This document shows positions 16,542 to 24,671 of a stretch of DNA of 32,000 nt, piece after piece. Numbering within the stretch: position 1 is the stretch's first letter; each line of letters begins with the position of its first letter. The stretch lies in NCBI RefSeq assembly GCF_008065095.1, contig NZ_CP042911.1, forward strand, positions 5,340,001 through 5,372,000, given 5' to 3'. The notes beneath the pieces were generated by a model that was given only the letters and a program-made list of their open reading frames with translations, was not told the origin of the DNA and ran no database searches. The stretch comes from Gemmata obscuriglobus. GTDB taxonomy: Bacteria > Planctomycetota > Planctomycetia > Gemmatales > Gemmataceae. A program made the position numbers and the translations under genes.

Positions 16542-18302
16542 TTACCGCCAATCCCACACCGAGAAAAACAGTACCACGCTCGCCCGCCCGGAGCTATTCT
16601 CCGGAACCTCGTACTTACGGCTGGTCACCACCTTGCGGTTTCGGCCGTCCGGATCGGCCGTGATCAGTTGTGTCTCGCGCTCGGGGACCTCGCTCGGCTT
16701 CTCCAGACTGCGCTGCCAGGTGTACGCCACGCGACTGCCGTCTGGGGACCAACAATAACCGTGCGTTTCCCCGGGTTCGTCCACTGGAGTGCGCTTACCC
16801 GTAGCCAAATCCTGGACGTGCAGGCGGATTTTTGCCTGCTGGTCCTTCGCGGGCTTCGGGCCACTCATATAGAGGACCCGTTTCCCGTTCGGTGACAAGC
16901 GTCCGCCGTATGCGATTTCGTCGTCGGGGCTGATGTACTCGGGTTTGCCCGCCCCTTCGGCACTGAGCCAAGCCACCCGAACAGTATCGTCCGACGGGCG
17001 GACGTCCCCCAAGAACCGCTTACCGTCGGCCGACCAGCCGGTGGCGAGGCATCCGTCGGGGAGCTTTACGTCCGTCAGTTGTTTGGTGATTAAGTCATAT
17101 ACGCGGTGGGCATACTCCCGTTTTCCCTTGTCCCCGAAACCGGTCTCAACGATTAACGTGCGCCGCCCGTCCGCCGACCAGACCATGTGTCCCCCGGACC
17201 GGCCGGGTTGCCCGAAGACGAGAGGAACTGTGGCCGACTCATCTTGTTCCCTTCGGGACCGGATGACCAATTTCGCTCGCCCGATGTCCGCAGCGAATTC
17301 TAGCGCGGCCAGTCGTTGACCGTTGGGAGACAGGGACCCGTTCCATGCGGGCGGATCGATCTTCTCTTCTTCCTTGCCGTTCGCAGCAATGTACATGAGG
17401 TTTCCGTTGTGCTGAACTAAAAATGCCGCCGGCGGTGCGGCCCTCGGAACCGGCGCGGCGCTCACGGGGCGGTGTGCCGGGGCGGGGCTGAACCCGGCGA
17501 CGAGTCCGGCGCCGACAACGAGTGCGACAGTAACCAGTCCGAACGCGGTGAGTTTCTTCGTTTTGGAAGCCATAAAGCGGGTGACCTCTTGGGCGAGTTC
17601 GTTGACGCGGGGGGAAGCGGGCTCGCTTACCGGAGTCCACAGGGCCGGGCACGAGGAGGCACGGGCGGATTGGGTAGCGGTTGAGATTGCGAGCAACCCG
17701 ACCGGGAGCGACACTCCCCAGCGGGAGAGACGGCGACCGAGCAACACGCACCCCCGTCGGACACGGCCTTTGACGGCGCCGGAACTGACTCCGAGTGCGG
17801 TCGCGGCCTCGTCCCGGGTGTAGCCCTCCACGTAGCACAACAAGAGCGGTAGACGGTAACAGTCGGGGAGTCGGTCGAGTTCGGCGTGCAACAAATCGCA
17901 CGCTTCCCGCCAACTCAGGTCCGGTGCCGGTAACGGGTCGGCCGGCTCGACATCCCCGAGTGGACCCGGTCGGCGCCGGCTCCGTGTCCGGAGCCGGACC
18001 GAGACCCGGTGGGCCACGCCACCCAACCACGGTCCCAATCCGGACCGGTCGCCCGCACGGCCTGCACGCTGGACAAGTACCAAGAACGTGGCCTGGGTTG
18101 CGTCCTCAATGTCGCTCGGATCGGACAACACCCGGGCTGCGACGGACCAGACGAGCCGGGTGTATCGGTCGATGAGAACTTTGAACGCGGTCTCGTCCCG
18201 GTCGCTCGCAAATCGCGCAAGCAACTCGCTGTCCGGGGTCTGCGCGTATCCGGCAGTCTCAGCCATTCGACGGATGAACCGGCCCGCGCTCTGATTTGCC
18301 AT
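16542..18302 (-). CDS. ECF-type sigma-70 factor fused via one TM helix to a TolB/PD40-like beta-propeller
   Basis: The ATG at 18302 gives MANQSAGRFIRRM. Region 2: FKVLIDRYTRLVWSVAARVL...DATQATFLVLV. Region 4: LPDCYRLPLLLCYVEGYTRDEAATALGVSSGAVKGRVRRG. TM helix: LTAFGLVTVALVVGAGLVAGF. Repeated SPNGQRLA / SADGRRTL / SADGKRFL / SPNGKRVLY / SPDGSRVAY blades follow. Confidence 0.8.
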   Translation of the reverse strand: MANQSAGRFIRRMAETAGYAQTPDSELLARFASDRDETAFKVLIDRYTRLVWSVAARVLSDPSDIEDATQATFLVLVQRAGRAGDRSGLGPWLGGVAHRVSVRLRTRSRRRPGPLGDVEPADPLPAPDLSWREACDLLHAELDRLPDCYRLPLLLCYVEGYTRDEAATALGVSSGAVKGRVRRGCVLLGRRLSRWGVSLPVGLLAISTATQSARASSCPALWTPVSEPASPRVNELAQEVTRFMASKTKKLTAFGLVTVALVVGAGLVAGFSPAPAHRPVSAAPVPRAAPPAAFLVQHNGNLMYIAANGKEEEKIDPPAWNGSLSPNGQRLAALEFAADIGRAKLVIRSRREQDESATVPLVFGQPGRSGGHMVWSADGRRTLIVETGFGDKGKREYAHRVYDLITKQLTDVKLPDGCLATGWSADGKRFLGDVRPSDDTVRVAWLSAEGAGKPEYISPDDEIAYGGRLSPNGKRVLYMSGPKPAKDQQAKIRLHVQDLATGKRTPVDEPGETHGYCWSPDGSRVAYTWQRSLEKPSEVPERETQLITADPDGRNRKVVTSRKYEVPENSSGRASVVLFFSVWDWR

Positions 18303-18582
18303 CACACCCTCCGCTCGCGTTCGCGCACTGCCTTCATAGTGCCGCGAGCGGTGCCGCCGGTGCGCGGAATTTTTCGGACTGACGCGCAAGTCCGGGGAGC
18401 CATGTTCCTGATCCAATTCCGCACGATGTTGAGCCTTGTGAGTACATTTCAAAACGCGGGGCGCGACTCGGACGACATTCTGAACCACTGTCGTGATGCG
18501 AACGCGGCACACGTTCGCGGGTGCTGGGTCGTGGATCTGGTGCTGGGAAAGGGCTGAACGCGGTCCGGTTCCCTTCGCGTGG

Positions 18583-18749
18583 ACCTAACCCCCGACCCCT
18601 TCCCTGAAGGGAAGGGGTGGCGCCGCGAACGTGTGTGGTTCCAACGCGATACAAGCGCGAGACGTTTTCAGTCCGTTTGATTCCCATTCGCGCTGGATGC
18701 GATACGTGCGCTCACCCCTTCCCTTCAGGGAAGGGACTGGGGGATAGGT
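18583..18749. repeat. 167-bp MITE/REP-like element with 37-bp imperfect terminal inverted repeats, each carrying a CCCCTTCCC-N4-GGGAAGGGG hairpin
   Basis: ACCTAACCCCCGACCCCTTCCCTGAAGGGAAGGGGTG (18583-18619) matches the reverse complement of 18713-18749 at 33 of 37 positions. There is no coding signal and no obvious TSD. It ends 39 nt before the ATP-grasp start. Confidence 0.5.
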
Positions 18750-18787
18750 TCTTCACCGTGCCGCCGCGGCGCGGTATCCTCTCTCCC

Positions 18788-19987
18788 ATGTCAATCACCG
18801 TTCTCGCACTCGCGTCGTACTTCAAAGGCAACCGGTTCCTCGAACGGCTCAAGGCCGAGGGGTGTACCGTGTACCTGCTCACCGTCGAGACGGCCCTGGG
18901 CGAGCCGTGGGCGCGGCACGCCTGCGACGACGTGTTCGCGGTCAAGAGCTTCCTGGACAGTCGCGCGCTCGTTAACTCCGTCGCGTACATCATGCGGACG
19001 CGCAAGATCGACCGCGTCGTGGCCCTCGACGACTTCGACGTGGAGGTCGGCGCGTACCTGCGCGAGCACTTCCGGCTCACCCACACCGGGCACAACGAAT
19101 CGACCGCACGCTACTTTCGCGACAAGCTCGCGATGCGCGCCCGCGCCCGCGAACTCGGCATCCGCATCCCCGACTTCACGCCGGTCTTCAACCACGACGA
19201 CGTGCGCGCGTTCCTGGCGCGCGTGCCGGGGCCGTGGCTCGTCAAGCCGCGGTCGGAAGCGAGCGCCGCGGGCATTCGCAAGGTGCACACCCCCGACGAG
19301 GTGTGGAAGCGCATCGACGAACTGGGCGACGATCAGTCGTTCTGCTTGATCGAGCAGATGGTGCCCGGCGACCTGTTCCACGTCGATTCGCTGGTCGCGA
19401 ACGGGAAGGTGATCTTCGCGGAGGTGAACGCCTACTGGCGGCCGCTGCTCGACGTGTACCAGGGCGGCGGCGTGTACGCGACCCGCACGGTGCCGCGGGA
19501 GCGCCCGGAAGTGGCGGCGCTGAAAGCGGCCAACGCCCAGGTGCTCGACGGGTTCGGGTTGGGCTGGGGCGCGTCGCACACCGAGTTCATGAAGGCGCAC
19601 GCCGACGGGCTGGTGTACTTCATCGAGACCAGCGCCCGCGTGGGCGGGGCCAACACGGCCGAAATGGTCGAACACGCGACCGGCGTGAACCTGTGGTCCG
19701 AGTGGGCGCGGCTCGAAGTCTGTCGCGGGACCGACGGCTATGAACTGCCCCCGCTGAAGCAGAAGTTCGGCGGGGTGGTGATCTCGCTCGCGCGCCAGGA
19801 GGAGCCCGACACGTCCGGGTTCACCGACCCGGAAATCGTGTACCGGCTGAGGATGAAGAACCACATCGGCTTCGTAGTCGCCGCCGACACGCCCGCGCGC
19901 GTCGAGCAGCTTTTAACGGCGTACATGGACCGGATCGCTCGCGACTTCGGCGCGGTGCTTCCCGGGGCCGACAAGGTCTCGACTTGA
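18788..19987 (+). CDS. ATP-grasp domain enzyme (carboxylate-amine ligase type)
   Basis: The in-frame ATG at 18788 gives MSITVLALASYFKGNRFLERL. The fold pattern is ATP-grasp: DKLAMRARARELGIRIPDF...PWLVKPRSEASAAGIRKV...LIEQMVPGDLFHVDS...HTEFMK...YFIETSARVGGA. The upstream part of track ORF 18617.. is the repeat element. Confidence 0.8.
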   Translation: MSITVLALASYFKGNRFLERLKAEGCTVYLLTVETALGEPWARHACDDVFAVKSFLDSRALVNSVAYIMRTRKIDRVVALDDFDVEVGAYLREHFRLTHTGHNESTARYFRDKLAMRARARELGIRIPDFTPVFNHDDVRAFLARVPGPWLVKPRSEASAAGIRKVHTPDEVWKRIDELGDDQSFCLIEQMVPGDLFHVDSLVANGKVIFAEVNAYWRPLLDVYQGGGVYATRTVPRERPEVAALKAANAQVLDGFGLGWGASHTEFMKAHADGLVYFIETSARVGGANTAEMVEHATGVNLWSEWARLEVCRGTDGYELPPLKQKFGGVVISLARQEEPDTSGFTDPEIVYRLRMKNHIGFVVAADTPARVEQLLTAYMDRIARDFGAVLPGADKVST

Positions 19988-20015
19988 CGGCCCCGGGCTT
20001 GCAAGGGCCGGAAGG

Positions 20016-21131
20016 TCACTTCGCGGGCGGAACCTCGAACGCGACCCCGGCGAACACCTTCACGAACTCCGGCAGCGGTGCCCGGAACTGGCCGTTCTTC
20101 GTCTGGTATCCGTACTCCATGCCCGGCTTCCCCTTCGGAGTGAACGACTGCCCGTGCGGGTTCCAGAGTACGATTTCGTCGGTTTTCGGGTCGAAGCCGA
20201 TCACCGCGTAGGCGTGGTTCCCGTCCACGTTGGGCACCCTGGTCCCGCCGCTCGCGGTGCCGCACGTTACGAGGCGCTTCTCCGCAAACGCGGCGGTTAA
20301 TTTCTTGCGCAGATCGTCGAGCTTGGCACCGAACTCTTTTTCGCTGAGTTTTTCTTCCTTGGCGAACTTGCAGGAGAACCGTTCGATCGGGTGCCCGGTG
20401 ACGACCTCAATCGTGCTCCCGGCCGAACCGCCTTTCGCGAGCAGGTCGATCAGGGACGCGGGCTCGCCGTCGCTCTTGGCCTTTTCGACACGCAGCAGCC
20501 CGACCGCCTTCTCGTACACGTTCACCCACACGCCGTCCGGGCCGGTGGTGGCGGTCAGCGCCAGTTCCGCGTCGGTGAGCGCCGGGACCGCCACGTCGCG
20601 CGCGCCCAACCGCACGAGGTACGAGCCGTCGCCCTGCTTGCGGATCATCTGCACCACGTCTTTGGGGTTGCGGCACACCATCGAGCCGAGCGGGGCGAGG
20701 CAGAAGCAGTCGCCGAGCCGCCCCTGGTGGAGCGTTTCGAGGCTCGGCACGCCCTTCGGAAACAGCTCACGGTTCGCGCCGCTGATGCGCTCCAGGGCGG
20801 ATCCGTACATGGCGTTCAGGTTGGGGCGGTCCTTCGCGGTGCTGGCCGCGAGTTCGAGGATCGCGTCCTTCGTAAGCGCCGGCAGCTTCGTTTTCGTGTT
20901 CCGCACCGCCCGCTTCAGTGAAACGACGGCCGCGGCGTCTGCGCCCTTGATCTCGGGGTTGGAAACGGCGCGGTCGATCTCTTCGCGGGTGAGGGTGCCG
21001 TTCTTGTCGGCGTCCCACTTCGGGAACGACTCCTTCACCCGATCGGCGAAGGTGGGCTTTGGTGTGTCGGCCGCGCCCGCAGTGGCGACGCACAGCAGGA
21101 GCGTGAACGTGACGAGGTGACGCGCGGTCAT
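20016..21131 (-). CDS. secreted calpain-like (peptidase C2) cysteine protease with N-terminal EF-hand
   Basis: The ATG at 21131 gives the signal peptide MTARHLVTFTLLLCVATAGA. A canonical EF-hand loop DADKNGTLTREE is present. The calpain triad contexts are QGRLGDCFCLAPLGS (Cys), GNHAYAVIG (His) and VLWNPHG (Asn). Confidence 0.75.
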   Translation of the reverse strand: MTARHLVTFTLLLCVATAGAADTPKPTFADRVKESFPKWDADKNGTLTREEIDRAVSNPEIKGADAAAVVSLKRAVRNTKTKLPALTKDAILELAASTAKDRPNLNAMYGSALERISGANRELFPKGVPSLETLHQGRLGDCFCLAPLGSMVCRNPKDVVQMIRKQGDGSYLVRLGARDVAVPALTDAELALTATTGPDGVWVNVYEKAVGLLRVEKAKSDGEPASLIDLLAKGGSAGSTIEVVTGHPIERFSCKFAKEEKLSEKEFGAKLDDLRKKLTAAFAEKRLVTCGTASGGTRVPNVDGNHAYAVIGFDPKTDEIVLWNPHGQSFTPKGKPGMEYGYQTKNGQFRAPLPEFVKVFAGVAFEVPPAK

Positions 21132-21374
21132 TGGATGGGTGATCCGGGGTGGGATGAGAGGCTCTCTAACCAAAATCACGACAACGGCGCGCCGGCGGTG
21201 ACAGGCGGCTCCCACAACATGGACGGCCGTGCTGACCGATACGCGGGCGTCGCGCACGGACCCCTTGGGTTGCCCGTAAAGCCCTTCGCGGGCAGCCCAT
21301 CTGTCGGTCTGGCGTTGACCCTCCACGCTTAGCTCCTGTGAGGCCCGACGAAGCCACAAACAGGAGAGCGATTC

Positions 21375-22040
21375 ATGTCGGACGCGATTCACGGCCTGCT
21401 CGATCCGAAGAACTGCACCATCATCTTCATCGACCATCAACCCCAGATGACGTTCGGGGTCACCTCGATCGACCGTCAGGCGCTGCTGAACAACACCATC
21501 GGGCTCGCTAAGGCCGCCAAGGTGTTCAACGTGCCTGTAATTCTCACCACGGTTGAAACGGAGGCCTTCAGCGGGAACATGTGGCCCCAGCTCACCGAGC
21601 TGTTCCCGGGGCAGAAGCCGATCGAGCGGACGAGCATGAACTCGTGGGGCGACAAGAAGTTCGTCGCCGAGGTCGAACGGATCGGTCGCAAGAAGCTGGT
21701 CATCGCCGCGTTATGGACAGAGGTGTGCCTCGCGTTCCCCGCGATCCAGGCGATGGAAGCCGGGTACGAGGTGTACGCGGTCGAAGACGCGTCCGGCGGG
21801 ACCAGTGAGGTGGCCCACCGGTGCGCCATGCAGCGGGTCGTTCAGGCCGGGGCCGTCCCGGTCACCTGGCAGCAGGTGATGCTCGAACTCCAGCAGGACT
21901 GGGCGCGGCGGGAGACCTACGACGCCGTCATGAAGATCGCGCTGGAGCACTCCGGCGCGTACGGCCAGGGCGTAGAGTACGCCTACACGATGGTCCACAA
22001 GCAGCCGCCGTACCCGACCCGGCTCAAGGCGGGGCACTGA
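21375..22040 (+). CDS. isochorismatase-family cysteine hydrolase (YcaC-like)
   Basis: NCTIIFIDHQPQM (Asp), KKLVIAALWTEVCLAFPAIQA (Cys) and an AGGAGAG RBS. Confidence 0.85.
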   Translation: MSDAIHGLLDPKNCTIIFIDHQPQMTFGVTSIDRQALLNNTIGLAKAAKVFNVPVILTTVETEAFSGNMWPQLTELFPGQKPIERTSMNSWGDKKFVAEVERIGRKKLVIAALWTEVCLAFPAIQAMEAGYEVYAVEDASGGTSEVAHRCAMQRVVQAGAVPVTWQQVMLELQQDWARRETYDAVMKIALEHSGAYGQGVEYAYTMVHKQPPYPTRLKAGH

Positions 22041-22044
22041 TCCG

Positions 22045-22611
22045 ATGCCCGCCGATCCCGTCACAGTGGTCGTCACCCGCGTGGTGCGCCCCGGGCACGA
22101 GGAGGCGTTCGAGCGGGCGCTCCGGGAGTGGGTTCCGCGGTCCGTGACGCACCCCGGCCACCTGGGGGTGCTCATCCTCCGCCCGCCGGCCGGCGGGCGC
22201 GAGTACGGAGCCGTGCTCCGGTTCGAGTCGTGGGGCGCCTGGGAGAACCTCCGCGATTCGGACGACTACCGGGCCTTTCTGGAAGCGATTCGAGACCATC
22301 TGGAACATGACCCGCGGGTCCACACGGCCTCCGGTCTGGAAGCGTGGGTTGCTCCCGCCGGAGCGGCGTTCGTGCCCGTGCCGCCCCGGTGGAAGCTCGC
22401 TCTGCTCACGTGGGCCGGGGTCAATCTGACGGCCCTGGTTCTGACCTTCGTTCTCGCCCCGTTCACGGCCCGTCTTCCTTGGTTTGTGGGCTTCTTGATC
22501 TTTAACGCGGCCGTGGTCGCCGGCCTGACGTGGGTCGTCATGCCGGTTTTGAGCCACATGGCCCGGCGGTGGCTCCGGCGCACGCCCGGTGCCGGCACCG
22601 ATCACTCGTAG
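22045..22611 (+). CDS. ABM (antibiotic-biosynthesis-monooxygenase-like) domain protein with two C-terminal TM helices
   Basis: VTVVVTRVVRPGHEEAFERALREW...GAVLRFESWGAWENLRDSDDYRAFLE fits the ferredoxin-like ABM pattern. Hydrophobic helices LALLTWAGVNLTALVLTFVL and FLIFNAAVVAGLTWVVMPVL follow. The start is 4 nt after the upstream stop. Confidence 0.65.
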   Translation: MPADPVTVVVTRVVRPGHEEAFERALREWVPRSVTHPGHLGVLILRPPAGGREYGAVLRFESWGAWENLRDSDDYRAFLEAIRDHLEHDPRVHTASGLEAWVAPAGAAFVPVPPRWKLALLTWAGVNLTALVLTFVLAPFTARLPWFVGFLIFNAAVVAGLTWVVMPVLSHMARRWLRRTPGAGTDHS

Positions 22612-22625
22612 CGCAGGAGCGAGGC

Positions 22626-24467
22626 ATGACCGCACCGGATCTGATCCTTCACAACGGCAAGATCACAACCAACGACACGCCAAGTGAGGTCTCGGCGATC
22701 GCGTTCGCCGGGGGACGGGTGACCGCGGCCGGTGCCGACGACGACGTTCTGAAAGCCCGGGGGAACGCGACCCGGGTCGTCGACCTGGGCGGCCGGCGCG
22801 CGATCCCGGGGCTGAACGACTCGCACCTGCACCTCATCCGGGGCGGTCTGAACTTCAACCTGGAACTCCGGTGGGACGGGGTGCCGTCGCTGGCGGACGC
22901 GCTCCGGATGCTGAAGGAGCAGGCCCGGCGCACGCCGGCTCCGCAGTGGGTGCGGGTGGTGGGCGGGTGGAACGAGTTCCAGTTCGCCGAGCGGCGGATG
23001 CCCACGCTCGCCGAGGTGAACGCGGCGGCGCCGGACACCCCGGTGTTCATCCTCCACCTGTACGACCGCGCTATCCTGAACGCCGCCGCGCTCCGCGCCG
23101 TCGGGTACACGAAAGACACGCCCGAGCCGCCCGGCGGCGAGATCCAGCGCGACAAGAACGGGAACCCGACCGGCATCCTCATCGCCCGGCCGAACGCGAT
23201 GATCCTCTACGCGACGCTCGCGAAGGGGCCGAAACTCGGGCCGTCGGACCAACTGAACTCGACCCGCCACTTCATGCGCGAGCTGAACCGGCTCGGCGTG
23301 ACGAGCGTCATCGACGCCGGCGGCGGGTTTCAGAACTACCCGGACGATTACGAGATCATCGAAGACCTGCACCGCCGCGGCGAGATGACCGTGCGCGTGG
23401 CGTACAACCTGTTCACCCAGAAGCCGAAGGGGGAACTCGAGGACTTCGCCCGGTGGGTCGGGATGACGAAACCGGGATCGGGGAGCGATTACTATCGAAT
23501 GAACGGGGCCGGGGAGATGCTCGTCTTCTCCGCCGCCGACTTCGAGGACTTCCTGGAGCCGCGCCCCGACCTCGCGCCCGGCATGGAGGGCGAACTCCAT
23601 CGGGTGGTGAAACTCCTGGCCGAGCACCGATGGCCGTTCCGGCTGCACGCCACCTACGACGAGTCGATCGGGCGGTTCCTCGACGTGTTCGAGGCGGTCG
23701 ACCGCGAGGTGCCGTTCGCCGGCCTGCGGTGGTTCTTCGACCACGCCGAGACCGTCACCGAGCGCAACCTGGAGCGGATCAAGGCCCTCGGAGGGGGGAT
23801 CGCCGTTCAGCACCGGATGGCGTTCCAGGGCGAGTACTTTGTGGACCGGTACGGCCCCAAGGCCGCCGAGCACACGCCACCGATCCGGAAGATGCTGGAG
23901 ATGGGCATTCCGGTCGGCGCCGGCACCGACGCGACGCGGGTGGCGAGCTTCAACCCGTGGGTGTCGCTGTACTGGATGGTGACCGGGCGCACGGTGGGCG
24001 GGCTCGCGCTGTACCCCGAGGCGAACCGGCTCGACCGGGCGACGGCGCTGCGGCTGTACACGCAGGGCTCGGCATGGATGTCGGCCGAGGACGGGCAGAA
24101 GGGGGCGCTCGCGGTCGGCCAGCTCGGCGACCTGACTGTGCTCTCGGCGGACTATTTTACCGTTCCGGAGAACGAGATCCGGGGCATCGAATCGGTGCTG
24201 ACCGTGGTCGGCGGGAAGGTGGTGTACGGCGCGGGGGCGTTCGCGCCACTCGCCCCGGCGCCGCTCCCCGTTTCGCCCGACTGGTCGCCGGTCGGCGTCT
24301 ACGGCGGGTACTACTCCGGCGGGCCACAGGCGGGCACACCTGCGATGGCCCGCTGCTGCGCCCAAGGATCGAAGTCTCACGGTCTGTTGCACCGCCTGTT
24401 CGGCCCGGCGCCACAGACCGGCGCCGATCCGTTCTGGGGAACCGGCTGCTCGTGCTGGGCGTTCTGA
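22626..24467 (+). CDS. metal-dependent amidohydrolase (Amidohydro_3 / YtcJ-like) with Cys-rich C-terminal tail
   Basis: The in-frame ATG at 22626 follows AGGAG. It gives MTAPDLILHNGKITTND...AIPGLNDSHLHLIRGG (HxH metal site)...HATYDE...FDHAE...GTDATRV. The longer track start overlaps the previous gene. Confidence 0.85.
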   Translation: MTAPDLILHNGKITTNDTPSEVSAIAFAGGRVTAAGADDDVLKARGNATRVVDLGGRRAIPGLNDSHLHLIRGGLNFNLELRWDGVPSLADALRMLKEQARRTPAPQWVRVVGGWNEFQFAERRMPTLAEVNAAAPDTPVFILHLYDRAILNAAALRAVGYTKDTPEPPGGEIQRDKNGNPTGILIARPNAMILYATLAKGPKLGPSDQLNSTRHFMRELNRLGVTSVIDAGGGFQNYPDDYEIIEDLHRRGEMTVRVAYNLFTQKPKGELEDFARWVGMTKPGSGSDYYRMNGAGEMLVFSAADFEDFLEPRPDLAPGMEGELHRVVKLLAEHRWPFRLHATYDESIGRFLDVFEAVDREVPFAGLRWFFDHAETVTERNLERIKALGGGIAVQHRMAFQGEYFVDRYGPKAAEHTPPIRKMLEMGIPVGAGTDATRVASFNPWVSLYWMVTGRTVGGLALYPEANRLDRATALRLYTQGSAWMSAEDGQKGALAVGQLGDLTVLSADYFTVPENEIRGIESVLTVVGGKVVYGAGAFAPLAPAPLPVSPDWSPVGVYGGYYSGGPQAGTPAMARCCAQGSKSHGLLHRLFGPAPQTGADPFWGTGCSCWAF

Positions 24468-24540
24468 GAATTGATGGTGGAATGGACGGCTTCGTGGCTT
24501 CGTTCCGGCCCACATCTGCTTCGTGTTCACGAAGAAGATG

Positions 24541-24615
24541 TTGACAGGATCAACAGGATAAACAGGATTTCAAACTAATTGGCTTTCATCCTGTCTATCC
24601 TGTTGATCCTGTCAA
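24541..24615. repeat. 75-bp palindrome built from 3 + 3 inverted ACAGGAT iterons at 9-bp spacing
   Basis: ACAGGAT occurs at 24544, 24553 and 24562. ATCCTGT occurs at 24588, 24597 and 24606. The 28-nt arms differ at one position and the loop is 19 nt and AT-rich. The element lies between the convergent amidohydrolase and kinase genes. Confidence 0.6.
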
Positions 24616-24671
24616 AATTGTTTTGGTCTCTCCACGAGGCTCGATCGCGGTCCTCTGGCGCTCGCAGCCGA

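Noticed and set aside
16518-16546. Imperfect hairpin CCGTGCGCCCAC...GCGGGCACACGG between nadD and the convergent sigma-fusion gene
   Set aside because: The stem has mismatches, it partly overlaps the stop of the minus-strand gene, and there is no U-tract. It is too weak to call a terminator.
22602-24530. 642-aa minus-strand ORF, and the 557-aa plus-strand ORF 22871..24544, spanning the whole amidohydrolase gene
   Set aside because: Both have extreme Arg/Pro/Gly/His content and no recognisable domains. The third frame (22626..24467) has the HxH amidohydrolase motifs. These are shadow ORFs of high-GC coding DNA.
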